64,000 nucleotides of DNA from Eledone cirrhosa (Eukaryota). The position numbers and the translations under genes are program-made. The notes beneath the pieces are model-generated. The model searched no databases. It was not told where the DNA came from and saw only the letters and a program-made list of their open reading frames with translations. This document shows, in pieces, positions 47,783-61,062 of this stretch (position 1 is its first letter; every line of letters starts with the position of its first letter). The DNA lies in assembly GCA_964016885.1 (NCBI GenBank), contig OZ024748.1, forward strand, positions 25,792,001 through 25,856,000. The letters are read 5' to 3'.

Positions 47783-48520
47783 CCAGGACTGGGGTGGTTG
47801 TCATGTCTCTCACACAGCTGAAGAGTCCACCTAACTCTTCATTTGGTAGGTTTTGTACAGCTGGATGCCCTTCCTAACACCAACCACTTTACAGCAAGAG
47901 AATAATTGAAAGGTTTCATGCAAGAAACCAGTTTTGCTGATTAACAAAAATCAATAGAAGAAACATTTGATAGTTGTAGACTACCAAACAGATCTCTCAT
48001 AAAATGGTCATTTTTCTAAAGTGTAGAATCCATTCTGTTTAGTTATTATTAGCCATAGTTCACTTGTTATTAAATATTTATTTCTTCAGAATATTGTTAT
48101 TGTCTTTGCTTCAGTATATTTGTTACAAGCTCCAGCTATCTGGATGGGCTAGTAATGAAGTAAATTAATGATTTAATCAATAAGAAGTGTTAAATAAAAG
48201 ACGACAGGATATGAATGAAAAAACGGAATGCTGGGAAATAGCAATAACACTGCATAAAAGAGAATAAATAAGATAATGAATTGGGAGGGGGGGAAAACAG
48301 TTCAAGAGGTCTGACCTAAATGAAGCTAAGTTTGTCACAAAACTTTATGTTTGTTTTGTTAACAATGACTGTGAAAAGGAAATTCCACAGTTTGATGGTT
48401 AATAAAGCATTTGATGGCATTCAAGCAATTTATTGTGTGACCATGAACAATTTCAGGTCAACAAACCTCACTCTTCAGGCTGATGAATATTTATCCAGGG
48501 GTAAGATATACACTTTTTAA

Positions 48521-48959
48521 CCCTTTCATTACCATATTTATTATGAAAAACACTGTGATTTTCAAATCATTTTGAAAATAATCAAGAATTTAGAGGGATT
48601 TAATAATATAACTAAATTTCTCATTATGCAACTGATGTTTGGACTATAAAGCAATCGATCAACAGGATCCCAGAACTCATTCACTCACCAAGTGGGGTGG
48701 AACTTGTCCAATCGGATACTATCTACAGGTTACAACTCCTGGCAGAAAGTGTCTTGCTCAAGAACATAAAACATTGCTTGCTCCAGAAATCGAACTTGCA
48801 ACCTCATAATAGTGAATCCAATTCTCTAACCACTAAGCCATATGCCTTCACCATAAGGTTCTTAAAATTATGATGGAAATTTTTTTGACAAATATAAATA
48901 CTTCAAAATAAACAGCTTTGAAACCAGAGGCGGTTTCAGGCAGTTTGGTATCAAAAGTA
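48521..48959 (+). mobile_element. TTAA-type MITE with a nested minus-strand tRNA SINE (~48655-48852)
   Basis: TTAA|CCCTTTCATTACCA ... TGGTATCAAAAGTA|TTAA; the insert ends in CTAACCACTAAGCCATATGCCTTC, the reverse complement of the SINE head. Confidence 0.75.
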
Positions 48960-49179
48960 TTAATACAGTAATTTAATTAGGCAAATTAACAATCTGATAA
49001 AATGCCTTGTGTTATTTGTTGTGCTGCGAGTTCAAATCCTGCTGTAGTTAATTTAGCCTTTCATCTTTCTTAGATTGATAGATAAAGTACTAATCAAATA
49101 CTGGGACCAATTCTTATTACTCTTTCTTTAATTAACTTTGTCATGTCATGAGAAGGGTCAAAGGAGACCACTTATCTGT

Positions 49180-49475
49180 AACACATGAGCTGGCTGAGGT
49201 AGACCTGTATATTGGATCTATATCAATATATGTTGTTGATCTCAGCTAAAACTGTATATTGTATCTTGGATCTATATACGCCTTGATCTCAGCTAGACTA
49301 GTGTTGTGAATTTATTTTTCTACATGCTATAGATCTGAGCTAGATCTGTATACTAGATCTATACGTCTATATGCTATTGATCTGAACTAGATCTATACAC
49401 AGGATCATTATATGCTGTTGACCTGTAGTTGATCTATGCTGGACCTATATATTGGATCTATACATGCTGTTGATG
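49180..49475. repeat. Degenerate ~42-45-bp minisatellite (GATCTATA..TGCTGTTGATCTCAGCTAGA)
   Basis: About 6 decayed units read directly. Confidence 0.7.
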
Positions 49476-50059
49476 TTGTAAGCTAACTTCAAATAACATC
49501 TAATAACCCATTATTGCTTCCTTTCCTTGTCTTTGCTGAGCATTCCTTTCACACTTCTTCTCTATATTGGATTTGTGGAACAGAATGAACTGGACATCCA
49601 TAGTTTTCGATGATGAGTGTTGAAATTAACATGCAAGTGGCTGAACATTCCACGGGTATGTGTAACCTTTAAAGTAATTCTCAGGGAGATTCAGCATGAG
49701 GCAGTGTGTGACAAAGCTGGTCTCTTTAATTACAGGTACAGTCCATCCAGTGAGCTTCCAAACAGTTTCTGTCTACCCCACACACAAAGCATGGGTCAAC
49801 CCAAAGCTATAGTAAATGACATGTGCCCAGAATATCACACAGTGGGTTTAAACCTGGGACCTAATGGTTGTAAAAAGAACTCCTTAACCATTCAGCCATA
49901 ACACAAACATTCCATATTTCTGAATTGTTACTTCTCCTGTACATGGTCTCTACCTGTGGCAGGACATCGTGAGCAGATAAATTATAATTATGTATAATTT
50001 ATATGAAACATTATCGATCCCGTAAAGATGAAAGGCAAAGCTAACCTTGTGAGATATGT

Positions 50060-50305
50060 AATAATAGCTTTGGGAAAGTCGGTACAATGTGGATAGAAAC
50101 AAAGATGGAACTGGGGTAAAAGAGATTGAAAAACAATACAAAATAATGTTTTTACCTTATTTGATATATTCTATGATATTTCAAAAGAAAGGTTTTACTT
50201 GAAATATCATAATAGATTGTATTGTTTTTTTCATCCTTTTACCCCAATTCCATCTTTATATTTCTATCCACATTGTATTGGTTCCCAACACTTTCTTTAT
50301 TATTA
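50060..50305. repeat. Fold-back palindrome (MITE-like)
   Basis: TACAATGTGGATAGAAA..AAAGATGGAACTGGGGTAAAAG (50083-50121) pairs with CTTTTACCCCAATTCCATCTTT..TTTCTATCCACATTGTA (50236-50277); inner hairpin TATGATATTTCAA/TTGAAATATCATA. Confidence 0.8.
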
Positions 50306-51517
50306 TGTATGCTTCCTTTTAATACATGAATACATGAAGCATTTATAATAACTTAGTAACATATATATCTATTCTAAGAATGTTTAAAGCAAATAAAAAA
50401 ACAAGTTATGCAAAAAATGAATACTTGGCTTTTTGCTGGGTGGGATTTACCATTCAAGTTGTTAGTATTAAACCTGATTTTTTAAGATATATACTTTATA
50501 GTAATTTAATATTTCATCATTATAAAAATTATGACTCACTTGGAAGTATTTTTAAAATGAATATTTTAGAAGAAAAATGATAAAGAATGCTGAAAAATGT
50601 TCATCTAGTATTCAATAGAAACTAACTATATTGTAAAAATCTGGAAAAAGGTATATTTTTTCAGGTTGTGGCATTCAAGACGTTTGGGGGAGCTGTGTCA
50701 CTGATAATGAGGTTCTTGTCATTGTTGGCAACTTACCTTGCCAATGTATGAGGTTATTTCAGTATCTTAGTGTCTTGATTTGTTTCTAAAATTATTAGAG
50801 GGAAAACTCTAGTGGCTTATGGTGTCATCATTATCGTCATCGTTTAATGTCCATTTTCCACACTTGCATGGGTTGTCACATTATGAGACAAGCCAGATCA
50901 GGTGACTAATCTTGCTCATATAGATCTGTATTTGGGCTTGGTTTCTACAATTGGATGCCCTTCCTAACATCAACCATGCTACAGTGTGGACTGGGTGCTT
51001 TTTATCATGTCATGTGATTTCTTTTTTTGTTTTTTTTTCTCTTTTTTATATGTAAAAATTTTAATATGAATTGTGTCTATTTACATAAAGAAATAAATGT
51101 ACCAAAAAAAAAAAGAAATTTAAGTGATTTTCATTTTTCATTTAAAAGCTTTAATTTCTCAAAACAAACCTAAAACTTGTATAGCTTTTTAGTATATCTA
51201 CAAAAGAGTGTAGTTATATATTATGTAAATAAATATATTTTTTAACTTATATTTTAGATATTAAATTTCAGTCTATATATTTTAATTTTTACCTCAATTT
51301 GATTGACATCTATTAATTATTAACAATTCAGATGATTTATCAATCAGCAATTGATTTAAATAAGTAATTCATAAAATTCAGTGAGGTTGAGTATAAAGTT
51401 ATGTTGGGTTATTTGTGCTTAATTTAAATTCAAACTTTAATTGAAAATCTTTGGTATTGATACAATTAATAAGATAGTTAGAATAAGATATTATAAAAGT
51501 ACTAACCATACATTATT

Positions 51518-51735
51518 GGTTTGGTAGAATTGGTAGAGCTTCAGACATCATTCTTTGTGGCATAGAGTTACAGCCCTTTATGTTCTGATTTCAAATCCCA
51601 TGGAGGTTAGCTTTGCTTTTCATCCTTACAGCGTTGATAAAATAAAGTACCCATAATGCACTGGGAACGATTTAATCGACTTTCTCCTCCCTCAAAAGAT
51701 TGTTGGCCTTCTGCTGAAATCAGAAACCGTTATTT
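51518..51735 (+). mobile_element. SINE with Meta/MESC-type central domain; other copies at ~48980-49112, ~50008-50052 (-) and 61320-61530
   Basis: TTCAAATCCC..GAGGT..CTTTGCCTTTCATCC...GGGGTC.ATAAAATAAAGTACC recurs in each copy. The domain name is from memory. Confidence 0.7.
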
Positions 51736-51788
51736 AACAGAAAACAATTCTTTTCATATGAAGTTTAACTTTGATGTTTAACCTAATA

Positions 51789-54485
51789 CGGTGTGTTCAC
51801 TTTTTAAATGAAGATGCTTTCATGAATGCGGCACGTAAAGCAAATTTGCGTAATACAAGTCTAATTTTCCCATTTAAATTAATGGAAATGCACAAGATGT
51901 TTTCTGTGGTCGCTAACTTATTATTTAATATGTATTGTTTTATCATATTAAACATTCTATTTTACTCTTTAACTCTTTTCAACCTTTTTAGGCACAAACC
52001 TTGTTTTTGTTAACTTCTTTCTCTTATTGTTTTCTCAAATTTAACTTTCTACATTAGCATGTTTATATTGTGTAAGGAGTGTAACGCTACTGCAATTTTA
52101 CCCAGCCATCTTTTTCTCCTTGTTTCTCTTTCTCAATTTTTAACTCTTCTTCCTTACAGTACAGTAGCATGTTAGAAAGAGATGTTGATTCATTTCTAAT
52201 TTTATTAATTTAATTATTAATTTAATTGACAAATTTTTCAACCAGTTTATAAAAAGACAAAATAATGTTATACAATACAATAATAAAAATTACACCTTCA
52301 CCCCGCTTCCCTGAAAATTACAAAAATGACAAAACAAAGTTAAAGTTATAGGTCGTCAACATCAGAGAATTCAGTATAAGACGTCTTGAAATGTGTGAAG
52401 GGCAAGGCTGTGGTTCTGAAGATGATGGATTTGCCACAAAGAAGGATTCCAAAGTTATCTGCCATGCCTTTTGTCATTTCTCCTGCAGCATAACTTCATA
52501 ATGTGAGATATCTGCCAAGACATTGCGAGACGTTCAGTGTTTAGATCGTTATGTTTGATGATATCCAAGGCTTTGTGTATCTTAGAGAAGAAATCTTGAA
52601 GTAATTTCGCACTCAATTGCTTGCTTTCCAATGACACTTGTTTTTCACTGCCTTCCATAGCACGGCACTGTTCTTCCAACTTATTGAGGTCTTTTGCGGT
52701 GAGCTCTTCTGTGTGGGAGTCAAAGGGAGTGTCAAAGTCATCCTCCTTCAATTCATAGAATCCAACGTGAGCCATTACTCTGAGGCATTCTAGCCGGATT
52801 TTCAATATAGGCTCATCAACAGAGAAGTCCCTAAAATCTTTGGCATACTGAGGGCAAAGCTTCTTCCAAGACTCATTTATACACAACTTAGTTACCTCGG
52901 CCCAGGCATCTCTTATAAACCAAAGTGCATCTCTTATGTTAAATGATTTCCAATAGTTCTTGATGACCGACTTCTTAATTTCAACAATGTCCGACATGTC
53001 AGGAGCCTTGGCAACAGCTTCAAGTTGAGCCATATCGATGTCGGTTTTCTTTCCAAGGTCATTCCAACACTTACGGTGATAATAACCATGAACATTTTAA
53101 TGGCACCTTGGTCCAGAAGCTGAAGTAATGAGGTGGTGTTTGTGGGATGCAAATCCTGTATAAACAAAGGGCGTGAGGGCACATTGTCGAGCGTCAGCAG
53201 AATCTTGAAGGGCAGGTCCTTGCTATTGCAGTAAAGCTCCAACTCGAACACCATCGACAACATGCTGCATTCCTTGAAAATGTCATTGGTCATCCAATCC
53301 TTACAGTTTGAATACCAGTGCACTGGTAGCAGATCCTTGGCATACCCCTTCAGAGCACGGGGATTTTTGAACATGTAAATGATGAAAAGCTTTAATTTGC
53401 AATCTCCTGTCACATTTGAGCCTAGTAATACAGTTAGCCTATCCTTGTAGGCTTTGAAGCCCAACACAGATTTTTCTTCTATGGATACGTCCTCTCTGGC
53501 ATCATCTTCCAGAATAATCCAGTTTCATCAAGGTTAAAGATTTGCTCTGGAAGATCATCCCCTTCCTTTATTATTTTCTTTAATTCCTCTGGGGACTTCT
53601 CAGCAGCTTCTCCCAATTCCATCTGCTGCTTAAAGTTCATGAAGCACCCCACACTTGCAGTGAATGGTTTAATTGCCCCTCCTCTTTTTCCTTGAGATTC
53701 TCAAAAATCTCCAGAGCCTTTACATTGCTGATAGAATACATTAACATGTTGCCGTTCCTGCAGATCCAACCATGTCAACAGCATCTTCTCCATCTTCTCC
53801 ATGATATCACTCCTGGCATACGAAGATCTTGCAGCATTTTTGGATACACCAGCCATAACACTTTATTTTCACGAATAGTGTGTAGAGTGCTTTTTATTCC
53901 ATTCATAACACTCTTGATGAATGCAATAGATTCGTTGTTTTCATATCTCCTGATAATCTCCAACTTCGTTTCTAGCCTTATAACTTTCCTCTCAGGTTTT
54001 GTAGCAGACATTGAAGGGCCAGCCTTTGCTGGTCTTTTGGTGCCTTGCCTGCTGCTCATGGTGAAAATGGAGGCTATAGAAAAATATAGAGTCTGACAAA
54101 GGTAAACTTGACTAAGTACCGTATTTATATATTGTAATTGCTTTCAGTTTCTGTGCAGATGAATACAGAGAGAGAGATCCTCTTTGCAATAAGAACAACA
54201 ACAATAATAATAATTCAATACAGCACCCAAGTAGAGACTCAGTGGAGTTAGAGAGAGAGAAACAATTGAATAAAAATGCAACTCTAATATATACTATATT
54301 ATTATTTCTAATGATTTCCTTTGTCAATTCTAATGTTACATTATATTTCTGATAAATAAAAAAAAATAAAAATCACATGCATTGTAGTGCGTTATTCGTG
54401 CAAAGTGAATATTTAATAATATTTTTTCAAGAGGCATTAAAGCAAATTCATGTACTTCGAGTTTGCATAAAAAGTTAACAGACTG
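51789..54485 (-). mobile_element. Full-length decayed Tigger/pogo DNA transposon (CENP-B HTH + DDE_1 transposase pseudogene)
   Basis: ORF pieces RKVIRLETKLEII (psq/CENP-B HTH), IFNLDETGLFWKMMP, KDRLTVLLGSNVTGD.KLK, LLTLDNVPS, TTSLLQLLDQGAIK, AWAEVT; TA-flanked imperfect TIRs TACGGTGTGTTCACTTTTTA vs TACAGTCTGTTAACTTTTTA. Confidence 0.88.
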
Positions 54486-55883
54486 TATGTATATTATACT
54501 GGACCTAAGCAGTTAAATGTACTCCACTAGGCTGATCAGAAGAGTTAAATCTATGGTTGTTAAGCAAGTATTGTTGGTCATTTACAACATTAAAAGAAAG
54601 CTACATAGTTACTAAAGAAATGGATCATCATCATCATCATCACCATCACCATCATTGTTTAACATCCATTTTTCCATGCTAGCATGGATTAGACAGGTTG
54701 TTCCATTGTGAGTCAGGTCAAATGACCGTGTCTTGCTCATACAGAACTGTTTCTGGCCTGGTTTCTATTGAAGGATGCTCTTCCTAATGCCAACCATATT
54801 TACAGCGTGGACTAGGTGCCTTTTATTGTGGCACCAAAATGACCACTTTACAATAATACATGTTTAATTAAGAACAATCAATAATTAACTCTTTACATCC
54901 TACATTAACCACATGTGTATCCAATACAGAATAGGTACAGCATATCCCTGCCGTAAGAACTGACTAAAACAGCTGGTGTCAAGAAGGACCTCTGGCCGTA
55001 AAACACTGCTGCAAAAAGTCCTATCCAATCCATGCCAGCATTAAAAAGTGGATGTAACAATAATGATGATGATGGTGGTGGTTTAGCAGAAAATATTTTT
55101 TTAAATGTGTTTCAAATGTTTATTTAAATGTTTACATCATCTTTACTAGAGGACATAGTGATGTGGAAAATTTGCAGTATTAAAGTAAAGACTTTAATTT
55201 TTATTAGAATGCAGTCAAAGATGCTAAAATGTTGGTAATTAATTAACTCTTAACAGCAGAATACATCTAAAAATAGGTTTGTTATTTCAAAAGTTTATAA
55301 CATTTTTACTAGTGGACATATTGTTGTGAAAATTTTCAGTATAAGAGTAAAGACTTCAATTCTTAAAGTGATGCACAGTGGTGCTTTGTAATTTTCAACA
55401 ATGTTTTGCTAATACAGTTTCATGCGGTACAGGACATTAAGAGTTAAAGTCGAAGATTAATAGAGTCTAGTAGCCCTACAAAACCTCCCTTTAACAATAT
55501 AAAATTAGGTAGAAATTCAGCCTCAATTATTACAAGATTCATCAAGAGATGAGTATTAACAGTAGAAGTTTCCTTAATGTCCAACACCTTCCAAATGACA
55601 AGATAATTGAAGTAAATCTAAACCTTAGTCATGAAATATATATATATATATATATATATATAGATAGATAGATAGATAGATAGATTGAATTGTTTAGCTT
55701 GTGTTACCAATTCACTGAAACTCTGACATTCTACTGATCTTGCCAACTTACAAGATGAAAGTAGTCACAGAGTAAAAAAAAGTCTCCCCGCCATCCCAAA
55801 AGAAAGAAAATGAAATAAACTATATATTATTGACAATTGGGAATGAAAAATATTTGAAAAAGATATTATGATGTAGTCTTTAA

Positions 55884-56139
55884 CCCTTTTGTTATCAGAT
55901 GTCTAATGAAATACAATGCCTCTATGGTTTAATTAATTTTGAAAATAATCAAGAATTAGGAGGAATTTAGTAAAATAATTTTTTCATTATTAAGCTGGTG
56001 TTTCAAACATAACTAATGAAAACTTCTAAGATAAAATTGAGGAAATGTTTTAATATAAGTAAGAACACTTTTAAAGAAATAAGTTTGTATCATAGCCCCA
56101 CCACGGTGGGGGAGGGGTGCAGTTCAGTATAAAAAAAGG
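55884..56139 (+). mobile_element. TTAA-type MITE copy
   Basis: TTAA|CCCTTTTG ... AAAAGG|TTAA; body matches the other copies. Confidence 0.65.
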
Positions 56140-57472
56140 TTAATGTCTTTTCTAATTTATTAAGCTAATCAATTTATTTTGGGTTTTTTTAGGTTAAAAA
56201 AAAAAATGAAAACAAACAAAATAAATAAACATTTCTGGAAAGTTAGAACAAAGAGAATGGAAAAATGAAACCAAGAAATAAAAATAAAAGAAAGAAGAAA
56301 GAGGTTGGTTTGAAATTGACTGAGTGACTTTCTAGATTTTAGAGGAAGTATATCGTCATAAGTGGAGTGTTAATTAGATCTGGGAACAGGAAGTTGTCAA
56401 TTGAATAGCTCTGACACTGATCCCCTAGTTTCAAGCAAGTGAGCCAACAACAACAGCAACAAAAAACAAAAAGTGTGGCCAAGTGTTAGATCAAAATAAC
56501 TAAAACTACCCAGAAACATCCTGTGTAATGCAACATCACTTAGATTCTACATTAATTCTGTGTTGATTCAGACAGGCAGCAACATATCTAAATTTGTATT
56601 CAAATGGTTTCGTTTTTGTTTGTTTGAGTATGATTTGTTTTGTTCTTTCTTGAAATTAAAACTAATATAAAAGTCATAAAGAATTATTAATGATTTAACA
56701 TGATTTACAAGTACTGTGGAATACTGTGGAATATATTGAAAGTTTGATATATTTTTAATTTAAAATAAAATTATTTTTGCTTTTATCTATTTTAAACAGA
56801 AGCAATGCTTGTATACTTATTGCAATTATTTAAATTAAAGTTTTCAAGTGATTTAATTAGCTACTCTGCTCTTTGCTTTACTTTCAATAGACATATTTTG
56901 TTTCACTCCCCCCACCCCCCTATCGATGATGATGTATACATATATATATATTTATATATATCATCATCATCGTTGTCACTTTTATGACTTTTCCATGCTG
57001 GTATTGGTTGGACAAGACATTGTGAGGCAATGTTTTACAGTCAGATACACTTCCTAACACCAACCTTTTTAGTTGCTTCTTATGCAGAGATACAGGGAAC
57101 TAACTAGCATGGGTTAGACTGATCTACAACACACCATATCTCCTTTCATTTCATATCTACATTAACTCATTTCTGATACCTTTCTTTTCTTTTTTACAAT
57201 AATGATATGCATTCCTAATCTACTAACCCCATTTCCTTCAGAAGTATGTTTCCACTTAGGCCTATCTTTTTTTTTATTTTTCCTTTTTTTTTTCTACTTA
57301 ACTCTCTCGCTCTCTCTTGCCTTTTCAACCTCTTCTATTCATATATCAAATAACAACAACTACAACTGCAACAACAACATTACTGTTTATAAACACTGAT
57401 CTCTAAATCTAAATAACTAATAAAAGTTTTCTTATGAATCATTTGATTGAATATATAACCCCTGCTAAAGAT

Positions 57473-57950
57473 TCCTTTCATTACCATAATTCTAATAAAA
57501 GACATTGTCTATGGTTTCCATATCATTTTCAAGAAGTTGGAGAAATTTAGTGATGTTTGGAACATAATTTAAAAAAGGTTCTTATATAAAATTATGATGG
57601 AAGGTTTTCAGATAGCTATAAATGCTTTAACCCTTTCATTACCATAATTCTAAAGAAAGACATTGCCTATGATTTATATATCATTTTGAAAATCAAAAAT
57701 TTGGAAGGCTTTAGTGATGTTACTAACTTTCTCATTAGTAAGCTGGTGTTTAGAAGATAACTTAATGGTTCTTATATAAAATTATGGTGGAAGGTTTATA
57801 GATAAATATAAACATTTTAAAATAAACAGTTTTGTATCATGGAATATAAAATTCTGTTGGAAGGTTTATAGATAAATATAAACACTTTAAAATAAACAGT
57901 TTTGTATTATGGAAGCAAGAGTGGATTCAGGCAGTTTGGTAACGAGAGGG
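57473..57950 (+). mobile_element. Two stacked TTAA-type MITE copies (complete copy 57631-57950 with an internal duplication); a further minus-strand remnant at ~61690-61830
   Basis: TTAA|CCCTTTCATTACCA ... TGGTAACGAGAGGG|TTAA. Confidence 0.8.
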
Positions 57951-58579
57951 TTAAAGGGGAAGTTTGTTTATCTGTAATAAAATACTACAGATAAAACATC
58001 TATTGCAAGACTAAATTATATGCTGTCAATTTGGAATTCCATTTGGCATTACCATCAGTTTGAGGTGAACTGTGATTACTGTCTTCATAATTTCCCAGCA
58101 GTCTTGTTTTTAGAAATAAATTACTAGAGTACCAATAGAACGTGGGTTATGAATAAACTAGCAGCTGTACCTTGCCTTGCCTGGGATATATTAATTCTGG
58201 AAATATATATAATCACATGAATTTAGTATATTTTGGATAAATTACAACCCAGGAATGTCGATTCACTCAGAATTATTGATTTCAAGCAATTCAGAAGGGG
58301 GTTCAGGGTTCTGATTGAGCTGGGGACACAGCATGCCTGAAAGGTTAAAAAGTTTGCTTCACAATCATTAGGTTCCGGGTTCGATCTCATTGCTTGGCAT
58401 CTTGAGCAAGTTTATTTAGCAAAATAGCCTCAAGCCGACACATGCCTTGTCAGTGAAATTGGGTTGATGTCAATTTTTGGAAGCCTGTTTGATATGACTG
58501 CACCTGTAATTTTGAATCTAACAGAGAATTATGTTAAGGGCACAAGTGTCTGTGGATTGTCAGCCACTAGTGCACTCAT

Positions 58580-59090
58580 CATTGAAACTAATAGAGGTCC
58601 ATTCTATTCCCCCATACAGCTTCAATCACTCTCACATCATTGAAATGTTGCCTCTCTTTGCATTTTTTATAGATATTTTCTTGGAAATTGTTGATGAGCT
58701 TTCCTCTTAGTTGCTTCATATTCATGAGTTTAAATGGAACATCAGAGTGGCAGCTAGGTCTCATCCATTTACAGTTGAAATTCCTAAATGCAATTGCAAA
58801 TTCAATTCTGATAGCTTCTTCCCTTGCACCTCTCACCTATGGAATTCTCTTTCAGATTCTTGCTTTTCTGATCACTACAATTTGCAAATATTCAAAAGCA
58901 ACATTATTTGTCATCTCTCCTTGAAATATGTTCTCCCTGTTTTGTCCTTTTCCCTTCTCAGTAACCCCTTGCATTTTAGTGGCTTTATTGCCTTGCTTGG
59001 GATTATGTTCTCTCTATCTTATCCTCCACTCTTCTCAGTAACCCCTTGCATTTTAGTGGCTTTGTTGCCTTACTTGGAATGGACAAAAAA
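58580..59090 (+). mobile_element. CR1/Zenon-like LINE 3' end fragment with a duplicated 3'UTR segment
   Basis: FYRYFLGNC...HPFTVEIP...SFFPCTSHLWNSL..SCF...YNLQIFKSNI; TTCTCAGTAACCCCTTGCATTTTAGTGGCTTT occurs twice. Confidence 0.7.
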
Positions 59091-59517
59091 ATTAATTAAT
59101 TAATTAAAAAATAAAATATGTTTTACTTGAAGAAACTGCTGTTTGGTGATAACAGAAGCAGATTTAGAAGTAACAACATGGAATACATGGCTACAAGGTT
59201 ATCAGTGAAATCTGGTTTGATTAATCCTCAGCAGGATTTCAATTTAGAACAATATGTCACTAAATTATTTAATTAGCCAACCTAATCAACTGCTTTAGCA
59301 ACCCTAATCTTATTCCATGTCTTGCTATAGATATAATGTAACAAGAAGGAGCCACAAGCCAATAAAGGGAGCCTCTACACAGTACCCTCTTGACCAGCTA
59401 GAAATGGTAGCCAAATCTCCCTCAAGTCACACTCTACTATCTTAAAAATAGGAAAAGATGCATTGAATAATGTAGTCTAAAAGACAAAACAAAAAAAACA
59501 AAAATAAACTAACAAAA

Positions 59518-59931
59518 CCAAAAAAAGACAGGGTGCTTGATACTGGAATTACTTGAAATGAATAGTAGATTTTGGAATAAATTGAAGGTAACTAAGATAT
59601 TGGTGTGTAACCTGTTATTATATTTACCTGTATTAATATTTTGGGTCTATAAACCCTTCATCAAAAGACTATATTAAGAAACTGGGTCAGAGTTTGTGTT
59701 ATTGTTGCCGTTACTGATTCACCATTTTTCTTCCTTGACAAACTCTGACCCAGTTTCTTATTATAGTCTTCTGATGAAGGATTTTCAGATTCGAAATATT
59801 AGGATAGGTAAATAATATAACAGATTACACACTGGCATCTTTGTTGCCTTCAATTTATTCTGAAACCGTCCGTTTTGCTTTGTTGTAGCCTTCAAATAAT
59901 TCCAACATCAAGCATCCTGGTTCTTTTGGGG
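59518..59931. repeat. ~410-bp fold-back element (about 180-190-bp arms, ~40-bp spacer)
   Basis: 59518-59697 is the approximate reverse complement of 59738-59931; the inner ~45 bp are nearly perfect. Confidence 0.88.
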
Positions 59932-60599
59932 GTTTTTTGTGACAACTTCCAGAGTGTTGGTGTCACAATATAAAATGCACTTGGAAGAATGCAGGATCAT
60001 ATGTCAGGCCCTCAGACCATGTCCCACCTTGAAAAAGAGGCTCTGCTTCAGTACTGATTGGTCTGTGATGACATGTCCAACCCTAACTAGCAAGAAAAAT
60101 GGATGTTAAATGATGATAATGATGATGATGATGATGATCATCATTTAACATCTGGTATCAAGGGTTGAATGGGTCTTCACAGACTGAGTCAGTACTAAAG
60201 TGTGGGCTACTGAACATCAAGACAGGCCAGGGTCTGCATCTTGCTTACATACAATCCTACATTCTACCAAATGCATTTTATCACAGTACCAGCACAAGTA
60301 AGCTTGTCATGTCTTTGACACAAGTGAAGGTCCTCATACACACACATATACACACACACACAGCCCCCCCCCCCCCCCCACACACATACATGTTAATGAA
60401 ATTAGAGTAAAGTTTGCAACATGTTATGTTGAAGTTGAGAATGTCTAATTGTGAATTAACATCTTGAAAAGGAATGTGGAATTAGTATTATCACATAATC
60501 CTTTGTAGATTAATCCCACTGGCTTTATCTCATTAGCTGAAACACTGAATTGAAATATGTTAATCTTTACTGAATGATCAAATTGATGGGTTTTAACAT

Positions 60600-61062
60600 G
60601 TTTTGGATGTGAGCATATGTGTAGATGTGATTGTGTGTGTGTATGTGAATGTGTGCACATGTAGGTGTGTGTGAGCATGTGTATGGATGTAACCATGTGT
60701 GTATGTGGATGTAAGCTTATGTGTGTATGTGATTGTTAGTATATGTGTGGATGTAAGTATATGTGTGGATGTCAATGTGTATGTAAGCATATGTGTATAT
60801 GTGAATGTGTATGTAAGCATATGTATGTGAATGTGTGGTAATATGAATATGTATCTATGCAAATGGGTGAATGTGAATGCATGTGTGTATGTTATGTGAA
60901 CGCATGTGTATTAGATTGAGCGTGTATGTGAATGAGTGTGTATGTGAATGCGTATATTTGTGAATGCATGTGTATGTGAATGACTGCATGTGTGTATGTG
61001 GAAGTGTAAGTGTGTGTACAGATGTAAATGTGTGTGCATGTGTATGTGTGGGGTGTATGTCT
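60600..61062. repeat. Degenerate (TGTATG/TGAATG)n microsatellite
   Basis: Read directly; TG-rich on the plus strand. Confidence 0.9.

Noticed and set aside
52455-54059. Domesticated TIGD/CENP-B-like gene
   Set aside because: Multiple frameshifts and deletions, with TIRs and TA duplication retained.
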